Assembly: GCF_006345805.1 (NCBI RefSeq)
Contig: NW_021823810.1
Location: forward strand, 1-20,905
Length of the DNA: 20,905 nt
From: Octopus sinensis
Taxonomy: Eukaryota
Direction: 5' to 3'
Shown here one piece after another: positions 11,759-20,905 of this stretch; the stretch's first letter is position 1; each line of letters opens with the position of its first letter. The notes under the pieces were generated by a model. The model did no database searches and was not told where the DNA came from. It saw only the letters and a program-made list of their open reading frames with translations. The translations under genes and the position numbers were made by a program.

Positions 11759-13122
11759 TAGGATGTCCCCCTAAAATGTATACACACTATAGCAGATGAA
11801 AACTCACTTATTGCACTCATTTAGAATTAACCCATTAAAAATAATGGAAGGAGTCAGACAAAGCTTTGAACAAAGCAAATTTACTGTAAAGAGCAACTGG
11901 AACTTTGAAAATGCAGTCGAAGTGCAGAGACCGCTTAATAGGGAACTTCAAACAGATCCACCTAAGCGACTTACCATCCCAGAAGTTTGAAGCAGATGGA
12001 ACCGTTCAGAATGATCACAAGAAACGCTCTGGAAGAGCGCAGACGTCGACAAGCCGCAGAAAGATAGAAAGAGTTCTAGAAACGTATTGACAGAATTCAA
12101 GAAAATCTGTGCAGCAAGCGAAGTCGGGAGATTGGAATTTCAAAATCAAGCGTCCATTGCATTTTGAATCGCTGTTACTGGAAAACTTACATTCCAAGAA
12201 TAATTCATGCTCTCAATAAAGATGATCAGGACCGAAGTATGGACTTTTGCTTATGGTTCTTGACAAGATCCACACTTTCTAACAAAGATTGTTTGGAGAG
12301 ACAGGCTTCATTGAAATTAAATGGCTCATTAACCGCCACAGTACCACTTTACCGGGGACTTAAGTATTGGCATATTACGGAGATTTCTCATTTTAATTTA
12401 CCAGCAGTTACATTATGGTCGACTTGGCGTCAAAAGGATTATTTAGACTAGGGGTTCTCGTTCTAGTGAACCCCCATAGCCATTCGATGTTTAAAAATTA
12501 GTTTTATAGAAACTTTTTTCAAAATTCCTATTTTGTTTTTCCCACATTAACTTGTGTAGGTCGAACTATGTAAAATATTAGAGAAAAATACCTAACTGTT
12601 TCTTGCAATACATTCCAGTACATACATCGAGAGCAAAATTTTTTCAGAGTCCCTTAAAATACTATAGTGGATCCCCAGTTTACTGTTTTGTTACATGAAC
12701 TCCCAAAAGTCTTATATAGACTTTCAGGGGCCATATAGGCCCCGGTTGAGAACCACTGAGTTACACCGTTCTTCTTCGACAGTACTGTGACAACTCCCAT
12801 CTACTTGAACACGACATGCGAAGAATTCAAGAGGGCTTCGAAGATGTGGAGTTTATTTCCAGCAAGATGGGGTAACCCCACACAACCAGAGGAATGTAAG
12901 GGCCTGCCTTAAAATTTTGCCACATAAGTAGATTGGACAAATAGGTTCAGTAGAATACACACTGCGTTCACCGGATGACAGAGCGCTAAAATTTATTTTA
13001 ATGAAGTTTACATTAGAAAACCAACAACAGTCGACGAATTGAGGGCAGCCATTGACAAAGAATGGGCACAAATACCGAAGGAAATGCTTCTTGACGCTTG
13101 CAATTCCCTTGTTCCTCGTTAT
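11759..13122 (+). pseudogene. Decayed Tc1/mariner-superfamily transposon with a transposase pseudogene, interrupted by a MITE
   Basis: The left end is TA|TAGGATGTCCCC, resembling a CAGGGTGTCC TIR. Frameshifted peptides include FENAVEVQR...DPPKRLTI, KFEADGTVQNDHKKRSGR, KTYIPRIIHALNKDDQDR, PFFFDSTVT, FQQDGVTPH...RSPD and VYIRKPTTVDELRAAI. No right TIR is visible. Confidence 0.88.
12449..12758. mobile_element. 310-bp non-autonomous hAT (Charlie-like) MITE
   Basis: The ends TAGGGGTTCTC and GAGAACCACTG resemble a CAGTGGTTCTC-type TIR. The 8-bp flanks ATTTAGAC (12441-12448) and AGTTACAC (12759-12766) match at 6/8 positions. Excising the element restores the transposase peptide KGLFRPFFFD. Confidence 0.8.
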
Positions 13123-13560
13123 CTACGTATGTATCTATGTATGCATGCACACATGTATACAATGTATCTTTCATAATATTTTTATACATTCGTATGTGTA
13201 CACACACACAGGCACACACACACACATATATATACATATACACACATACATACATACATACATACATACATACATACATACATACATACATACACACATA
13301 CATACATGTATATAGAAAGTGTGAGAGAGAGATTGAGAGACAAAAAGCAATCGAGAGAGAGAGAGAGACAGACAGACAGATAGATACACAAAATATGTAT
13401 CCGTGTGTGTGTGTGCATATATATGTACATATGTGCTTGTGTCAATATGTCTAAATGTGTATGCATGCTTATATATGATTATATATACATGCATACACAC
13501 ACACACACATATATATATATATGAATATATATACATTCTGTGCGTGTGTGTGAGTGTATA
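13123..13560. repeat. Compound (CA)/(CATA)/(GA)/(TA) microsatellite field
   Basis: Read directly from the sequence. Confidence 0.92.
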
Positions 13561-13890
13561 CTAGCACGCTCGGCCACGCCCCATCATTGTGAATGGGTTT
13601 ATTTTTATAATTACTGTGCATCTACTTCCTGCAACAAGTCCGGAAGCAGATAAACTCATCAAAGTGTCAAAGCTATTGTTCTTTTCTTGGCAGAACCCCT
13701 TTACTCCTCCGTTTACTTAGTCCATATGAATTGATTCCATTGTCTCTTTATATACTTACTGCATACTTCATATGACATTCACCTAGTTTCCTCTTAAGTA
13801 GACCGTCAATCCAGTAAAACAACTACAACAATATTAAGAGCGATTCTGCCAGAATTTCCTTTTAACAACAGCAGCAATAATAACAATGAT

Positions 13891-14624
13891 GGTTTCAAAT
13901 TTTGGTACAAGGTCAACTATGTCGAGGAAGCGGGTATGTCGATTACATTGGTACCTATTTCATCGACCCCGAAAGGGATGGAAAGCAAAGTCGCACACCG
14001 TGGAATTTGAAACTCAGAACGTAAAGCCGGACGAAATGCCATCAGTATTTTGCCCGGCGTGCTAAAGATTTTTCCTGCCGGCCGGCTTAATAATAATGGT
14101 AATAATACTTTCTACTATAGGCACAAGGCCTGAAATTTTGGGGAGGGAAATAGTCGATTACATCGACCCCAAAACTGAACTCGTACTTATTTTTTCGATC
14201 TGGAAAGGTTGAAAGTCAACCTCGACGGAATTTAAACTCAGACCATAAGGACGGATAAAATGCATCTAAGCATTTTGTTCGGCATGTCAACTGGCCATAA
14301 AGGCCGCAAAAACCTGTACACTATAAAGACATAGAACAGTTGAGGGTTTACATAAGACTGCGTGAAGAATAAAAAACAATAACAAAAATTTCTAAAAACA
14401 AAATCGACCAATTGTAGAATAAAACGTAGAAACCCCTCAGATCCCGAACTACCCTCCTAACCTGGAGTGCCATGGCAAGTTCTATCTCCTCCGTATTTTA
14501 ACTTTTTGGTACAAGGCCAGTAACTTTAAGTGTGGGGGCGGGGAGTAGTTGATACCTTCACCCCGGTATCAGTCTCGTACATATTTCATCGACCCCGAAA
14601 GGACGAAAGGCGAAGTTGACCTCG
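13891..14624 (-). mobile_element. Three SINE family B copies (13891-14087, 14109-14291, partial 14501-14624)
   Basis: ATCGACCCCGAAAGG..GAAAG.CAAAGTC and GGAATTTGAAACTCAGAACGTAA are reverse complements of the family B body. Confidence 0.82.
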
Positions 14625-15464
14625 ATTGGTCAGTTGACATTGCTCCCTTGCAATAGGTATTGTTGTAGTTGTTGTTGTTGTTGTTGTTGTTTTTGTCGTT
14701 TAACCCCTGGTCGGTCTTCGTCAGATATAAGATCAAAGCTGTTTCAGAAATGACTTTGTCGCCTATTGATAAACGTTTTGTATAAAATTACATTTCATGA
14801 AGTCTGATTGAGAAAATCGTTGGATAATCACGGGTGGAAACACTTTTGATCATAGGTTACTATAAACGGAATTAACCCGTGGCTGTATAATACCTGGCTA
14901 ACGAAGAAGGCTCAGTATCCAATAAGCTAATTCCCATTCTGTGGGGTCGCGATATGATATTTCTGAAAGGGTCTCGATGACAAGAAAATCACTTTCAAAA
15001 CAGTTGATATAATGTAAAATATATTTATGAATTTATTATAAAATGTTATATAAATATTCACATAAGTATTATGACCACAACACGACATTTACCTGAAGAC
15101 AGTCACTGTTTAATCTCAGGTGTGTCCGGAACCAGCAGACTTATGGTGTATATTAAAAGGACAGTTGTTACTTACTTACATATACCGAAATTAAAATGTT
15201 TTACTTTTGAAATATTTAACCAAATATGTAATAAATATTACGTTCTCCATACCACATGTCATGGACGCTTATCCCTCCGCCCTTTCTCTCTCCCTCTTTT
15301 TCTGCGTCACTCTTCGCCTTATCCTCTTTCTCTCTCTCCCGCTTTTCTTTCTCCCTCTTTTTCTCTAATCATGTGAAAGCGTTACGGACTGGCTAAGTAA
15401 CGTAATGACAAGCAGAATTATTATAAGATGTAACATATGAACTACTAATATATGCTAATATTAA

Positions 15465-15643
15465 GGCGGCGAGCTGGCAGGTCGTTACCGTACCAGGAAA
15501 AATACTCAGTAGCATTTCTTCCGACTTCACGATCTGAGTTCAAATTCCGTCAGGGTCGACTTTACCTGTCGATAAAATAAATGTTAGTTGAATATTGGAA
15601 GCTATATAAACGACTTACTCCCTCCCCTGAAATTACTGGCCTG
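15465..15643 (+). mobile_element. SINE family B
   Basis: GGCGGCGAGCTGGCAG...TCTGAGTTCAAATTCCGTCAGGGTCGACTTTACC. Confidence 0.8.
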
Positions 15644-15825
15644 ACATTATATGCTTAATTATGTGGTGCTCTGGTAAATATCCAGTACTTTGTCTAATAT
15701 ATGATACAAGCTTTGCATAGAGTTAAATTATACTTTTAGCGAGTGGCGTCATTAAGGATGAGTAAAATTTCACAAGACAGGCCATGAGAAAGAAAGAAAG
15801 CTTAAACGTGACTGATACAAAAGGC

Positions 15826-15835
15826 TGTTGTTTGT

Positions 15836-15866
<31 letters not shown>

Positions 15867-16130
15867 TACCGTTGTTGTTGTTGATGTTGATAGTTTTGTT
15901 GTTGAAGTTGTTGATGTTGCTGCTGCTGTTGTTTTTGTTTTTGTCGTTATTGTTGTTGTTGTTGTTGCAGTTATCTTTACTGTTGTTGCTATTGCTTGTC
16001 GTTGCTCCGCCTGTTTCAGCTTTTGTTACAGTTGTGGCTTCTGTTGCTTTTTGTTCCTATTCATATTTTGCTATTTGTCGTCGTTGTTGTTATTGTTGGT
16101 GTTGTTGCTTTTGATATTATGTTGTTGATG
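15826..16130. repeat. Degenerate (GTT/GCT)n trinucleotide tract
   Basis: Read directly from the sequence; it accounts for the poly-Val and poly-Leu ORFs. Confidence 0.93.
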
Positions 16131-16132
16131 AA

Positions 16133-16322
16133 GGCGGCGAGTTGGCAGAATCGTTAGCACGCCGCGCAAAAGGCTTAACAGCATTCCGTCCATCTTTACG
16201 TTCTGCGTTCAAATTCCACCGAGGTCGACTTTGCCTTTCATCATTTCGGGCTCGATAAAATAAGTACCAGTTGTGTACTGGGGTTGACGTAATCAACTTA
16301 ACCCCTCCCCCACCCGAAATTG

Positions 16323-16355
<33 letters not shown>

Positions 16356-17122
16356 GTCGATTTTGTCGCCGTGGTCGACTTTGCCTTTCATCCTTTCGGG
16401 GTCAATAATTTAAGTACCAGTAAAACACTGGGGTCGATGTAATCGATTAGCCCCCTCCCACCAAAATGTCAGGCCTTACGAGCTGGCAGAATCGTTAGCA
16501 CGCCGGGCGAAATGCTTAGCAGTATTTCGTTTGCCGCTACGTTCTGAGTTTAAATTCACCCGAGGTCGACGTTGTCTTTCATCCTTTCGAGGTCAATTAA
16601 TTAAGTACCAGTGAAAAACTGGGGTCGATGTAATCGACTCATCTCCTCCCCCAAAATTGCTGCATTTGTAGAAAAATTTGAAACCATTATTAAGTCGGTG
16701 TGCTGGCAGAATCGTTAGCGCACTGGACGAAATACTTAGCGGTATTTCGCTCGTGGTTACGTTCTGAGTTCAAATTCTGCCGTGGTCGATTTTGCCTTTC
16801 GTCTTTTCGGGGTCGATTAAAACACTAATGAAACACTGGGGTCGACGTAATCGATTATTCCCCTCCCCACAAATTTCAGGCCGTGTCCCTATAGTAGAAA
16901 AGCTTATTATTATTATTAAAGCGGTGAGCTGTCAGAATCGTTAGCACGCTGGACAAAATGTGCTTAGCGGCATTTCGTTCGTCTTTACGTTCTCCGTCGA
17001 TGGCTTTACGTTCTCCGGCGTTCTCTGCCGATGTCGACTTTTTTTTCAACCTTCTGGAGCCGATAAGCTTGACTAGCCCACTTCTCCGAAATGTCAGGCC
17101 TTGTGCCTTCAATAGCAAAGAA
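16133..17122 (+). mobile_element. Head-to-tail cluster of five SINE family B copies (16133-16323, 16367-16477, 16479-16685, 16694-16902, 16920-17122)
   Basis: Repeated GAGCTGGCAGAATCGTTAGCAC head, B-box-like GAGTTCAAATTC, and central CCGAGGTCGACTTTGCCTTTCATCCTTTCGGGGTCGAT...AAGTACCAG. Confidence 0.88.
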
Positions 17123-17224
17123 CGTTATGTTGTTGAGGTTGTCAGTACTGTTGTTGTTGTTGTTGTTGTTGTTGTTAACGTTATTGTTACCACTCTTTTT
17201 ATTGCTGTCACTGTTGTTACTGCT

Positions 17225-17408
17225 TATTCTTCACTATTTTTACTTGTTTCAGTCATATGACTGCGGCCATGCTGGAGCACCGCCTTTAGTCGAACATATC
17301 GACCCCAGGACTAATTCTTTGTAAGCCTAGTACTTTTTTCTATCGGTCTCTTTTGCCGAACTGCAAAGTTACGGGGAAGTAAACACATCAACATTGGTTT
17401 GCCAAACG

Positions 17409-17496
<88 letters not shown>

Positions 17497-17672
17497 ATGA
17501 GCTTCTTTCAGTTTCCGTCTACCAAATCCACTCACAAGGTCACAAGGCTTTGTTCGACCCGAGGCTATAGCAGAAGATCCGAGGCTATAGCACAAGGTGT
17601 CATGCAGTGGGAGGGAACCCGGAACCATGAGGTTGGGAACCAAGCTTCTTACCACACAACCACGCCTGCGCC
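17225..17672 (-). mobile_element. Full-length SINE family A
   Basis: Reverse-complement match to 5342-5793 from the head (GGCGCAGGCGTGG) to the tail, with an internal (CA)n at 17411-17487. Confidence 0.88.
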
Positions 17673-18083
17673 TTGCTGGTGATGTTGTTGTTGCTGCTAC
17701 TACCGTCGCTGTTTTATCACATCCTAGTTCTGACTGAGGCAGCAGACGTAACGCCAAAACCATACTAACCCTGATCATCCAATCTCTTTGTTTCGTTGGG
17801 GAGTGGGACAATTAATGGCTCACACACATCGTATTCTTATATTTTATATTTTCATAAAACAACTTAGCTGCTATTTCTAGCATGTCGAGCTACTATGCAA
17901 GAGTATTTATTTTCAAACAGCAGTAAATTGCACCTGCAGGAGTGGTTCTAAGGTAGATGTAAATATTTACATGTCAGGAGGTAAACATAACATGACCCTA
18001 GAGGGGTCATGATACATATTATGTAACAGCAAAGGAGTGACGTATAGCGAGAGCATGAAAAACTGCCGTGCTATAAATAATTG

Positions 18084-18289
<206 letters not shown>

Positions 18290-18401
18290 GAGGGCATTAT
18301 TATATATCATGCCACACGCTAAGAGGGACATTAGTCATTTCTACCAAAAATTTTACTAATCCTACCAATGCAATTCTTCAAAGCAGACATTTAAAAAATT
18401 A

Positions 18402-18448
18402 AGTCTTGTATCACCTGTGATTTCGTAATTACGTACTCATCAGCAACT
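18402..18448 (-). ncRNA. Type I hammerhead ribozyme, copy 1 (degenerate or mis-called)
   Basis: The minus strand reads AGUUG CUGAUGA GUAC GUAA UUAC GAA AUCAC AG GUGAU A CAAGACU. The core is intact, but relative to the other copies 2 nt are missing from the 5' strand of stem I and stem II has one mismatch. Confidence 0.8.
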
Positions 18449-18859
18449 GGTTCTGAACGTATCATAAATAAACGACCTGTCTCGTCGGAGCCCAACAGCC
18501 AACTGCTAAACCAACGACGCACATGGGGAAGTTTACATATAATACATCCGTAAATGGCAGGCTTCTTCGAATTGCACTTCGGGTATGAAAAGTTTTTTCG
18601 GAATAAAATTATTTAACAATTAAGGATAACCTCTTAATAAGGAATCTTAACAAGAAATTATCAGGTAGATAGCGTGAAAAACCTCATAAGAGAAAAAATT
18701 TCGAAAATAATTCTTTCTTATTGAACATATTAATTTATATATAGAGGGCATTATTATACATACATGCCACACGCTAAAAGGGACATTAGTCATTTCTACC
18801 AAAAATTTTACTAATCCTACCAAATGCAATTCTTCAAAGCAAGACATTTAAAAAAATTA

Positions 18860-18908
18860 AGTCTTGTATCACCTGTGATTTCGTACTTACGTACTCATCA
18901 GCAAGACT
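18860..18908 (-). ncRNA. Type I hammerhead ribozyme, copy 2 (intact)
   Basis: The minus strand reads AGUCUUG CUGAUGA GUAC-GUAA-GUAC GAA AUCAC-AG-GUGAU A CAAGACU. This gives a 7-bp stem I, canonical CUGANGA/GAAA core, 4-bp stem II, stem III and an AUA cleavage triplet. The predicted cut is between 18867 and 18866. Confidence 0.93.
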
Positions 18909-19337
18909 GGTTCTGAACGTATCATAAATAAACGACCTGTCTCGTCGGAGCCCAACAGCTAACTGCTAAACCCAACGACGCACATGGGGAAGTTTACATA
19001 TAATACATCCGGTAAATGGCAGGCTTCTTCGAATTGCACTTCGGGTAGGAAAAGTTTTTTCGGAATAAAATTATTTAACAATTAAGTATAACCTCTTAAT
19101 AAGGAATCTTAACAAGAAATTATCAGGTAGATAGCGTGAAAAACCTCATAAGAGAAAACATTTCGAAAATAATTCTTTCTTATTGAACATATTAATTTAT
19201 ATATAGAGGGCATTATTATACATACATGCCACACGCTAAAAGGGACATTAGTCATTTCTACCAAAAATTTTACTAATCCTACCAAATGCAATTCTTCAAA
19301 GCAAGACAGGTCGTTTATTTATGATACGTTCAGAACC

Positions 19338-19386
19338 AGTCTTGCTGATGAGTACGTAAGTACGAAATCACAGGTGATACACGACT
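19338..19386 (+). ncRNA. Type I hammerhead ribozyme, copy 3 (one stem I mismatch), located in the loop of the fold-back
   Basis: AGTCTTG CTGATGA GTACGTAAGTAC GAA ATCACAGGTGAT A CACGACT. The 3' strand of stem I is CACGACT instead of CAAGACT. The predicted cut is after 19379. Confidence 0.88.
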
Positions 19387-19792
19387 TAATTTTTTTAAAT
19401 GTCTTGCTTTGAAGAATTGCATTTGGTAGGATTAGTAAAATTTTTGGTAGAAATGACTAATGCCCCTTTTAGCGTGTGACATGTATGTATGATAATGCCT
19501 CTATTATATTAATATGTTCAATAAGAAAGAATTATTTTCGAAATTTTTTCTCTTATGAGTTTTTCACGCTATCTACCTGATAATTTCTTGTTAAGATTCC
19601 TTATTAAGAGGTTATCCTTAATTGTTAAATAATTTTTTATTCGAAAAAACTTTTCTATCCGAAGTGCAATTCGAAGAAGCCTGCCATTTACCGGATGTAT
19701 TAGATGTAAACTTCCCCATGTGCGTCGTTGGTTTAGCAGTTGGCTGTTGGGCTCCGACGAGACAGTCGTTTATTTATGATACGTTCAGAACC

Positions 19793-19841
19793 AGTCTTGC
19801 TGATGAGTACGTAAGTACGAAATCACAGGTGATACAAGACT
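19793..19841 (+). ncRNA. Type I hammerhead ribozyme, copy 4 (intact)
   Basis: AGTCTTG CTGATGA GTACGTAAGTAC GAA ATCACAGGTGAT A CAAGACT. All three stems pair. The predicted cut is after 19834. Confidence 0.93.
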
Positions 19842-20047
19842 TATTTTTTTAAATGTCTTGCTTTGAAGAATTGCATTTGGTAGGATTAGTAAAAGTTTTG
19901 GTAGAAATGACTAATGTCCCTCTTAGCGTGTGGCATGTATGTATAATAATGCCCTCTATATATAAATTAATATGTTCAATAAGAAAGAATCATTTTCGAA
20001 ATTTTCTCTTATGAGGTTTTTCACGCTATCTACCTGATAATTTCTTG

Positions 20048-20102
<55 letters not shown>

Positions 20103-20180
20103 GTTTGTATGTGTGTGTGTCTGCGTGTGTTTGTATGTGTGTGTGGTGTGTGTGTGCGAGAGAGAGAGAGATAGAAAGAA

Positions 20181-20216
<36 letters not shown>
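20048..20216. repeat. (TA)n(TG)n(GA)n, right flank of the ribozyme array
   Basis: Read directly from the sequence. Confidence 0.95.
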
Positions 20217-20225
20217 TTTAGATCG

Positions 20226-20500
20226 CGTCATTTGACAACCGATGCTGGTTTGTTTCCGTTCCCGCAATTTAGCAGTTCGGCAAGAACAGTACAGATAGAA
20301 TAAGTACTAGACTTAGAAAGAAAAAAAAACGTTTGTACCGGAGGTGATTTGATCGACTAAACCCCCTCAAGGCTGCAACCCATCATGGCGGCAATCCTCG
20401 GACTGAAGTGGATAAAGAAAGGATTAAATGAACAGTCGCGATGACTGTCCAGCACGACCGCAGTCTCATGGTTGAAGCGAATCAAAGAAATAAAAGAAAT
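20226..20500 (+). mobile_element. SINE family A 3' half (to ~20420) plus a second tail fragment (~20447-20500)
   Basis: TTGACAACCGATGCTGGTTTGTTT...GATAGAATAAGTACTAGACTTA, then CCAGCACGACCGCAGTC...AAATAAAAGAA. Confidence 0.75.
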
Positions 20501-20681
20501 CTGTCTATTTATCTATCTGTCTGTCTTTGTGTCTGTTTATCTATCTATCTGTGTGTGTGTGTGTAAAGTTTATGAAGGTGCCCAATAATGTAAAAATGTA
20601 GCGTGTAACGAAAATTAAGTAACCATTAGTGTTTGCTATCAGAAAGCTGATATCAACAATTTCCCCAGGGAACTGAGTTTT

Positions 20682-20717
20682 ACACACACGCACACGCACA
20701 TGCATATGTACTCGTAT

Positions 20718-20772
<55 letters not shown>

Positions 20773-20778
20773 CACACA
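20682..20778. repeat. (CA)n microsatellite
   Basis: Read directly from the sequence. Confidence 0.95.
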
Positions 20779-20905
20779 AACAAGGACCAGAGTCTCGGGC
20801 CAACCTCCTTCCACCTCAACAACCTTTGCTCATAAACACTCCTTCTCATTTTCATCCACTGCACACTCACAGACACACGCGCGCGCGCAGGCACTCACGC
20901 ACATT

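Noticed and set aside
15085-15200. CTGAAGA...GAAA hammerhead-like spacing
   Set aside because: Stem I is not adjacent to the core and no helix II closes it, so it is likely chance. The same applies to CTGATGA near 7855.
16133-17122. CRISPR-like or satellite array
   Set aside because: The units are ~200-bp diverged SINEs also found dispersed in both orientations. The context is eukaryotic and there is no repeat-spacer structure.
19622-19852. 76-aa ORF in the ribozyme monomer, and the paired ORFs 18647..18847 and 19109..19291
   Set aside because: No recognisable RT or GIY-YIG motif is present, the frames depend on indels that differ between monomers, and the recurrence simply reflects the repeat.

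Overview
AT-rich, microsatellite-saturated eukaryotic non-coding DNA. The SINE repertoire looks like that of an octopus/cephalopod genome, which is an inference from recognition and not from a search. No intact protein-coding gene is supportable: almost all listed ORFs are translations of (TA)n, (TG)n, (TCTA)n or (GTT)n tracts. The window holds many tRNA-derived SINE copies from at least three families, an internally deleted RTE-type LINE (3145-3805, -), and a decayed Tc1/mariner transposase (11759-13122, +) split by a hAT/Charlie-type MITE. The main finding is catalytic RNA. At 18279-20048 a ~460-bp non-coding monomer is repeated in tandem and then folded back on itself, and every complete monomer carries a type I hammerhead ribozyme. 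There are four ribozyme copies, two of them intact, giving a non-LTR retrozyme / Penelope-pLTR-like array predicted to release ~455-460-nt RNAs that can circularise. An unrelated element at 9760-9983 carries a minimal hammerhead with a swapped G3:C8 core pair. In both elements a ribozyme sits in a ~90-nt loop between inverted arms, with nearly identical junction geometry.
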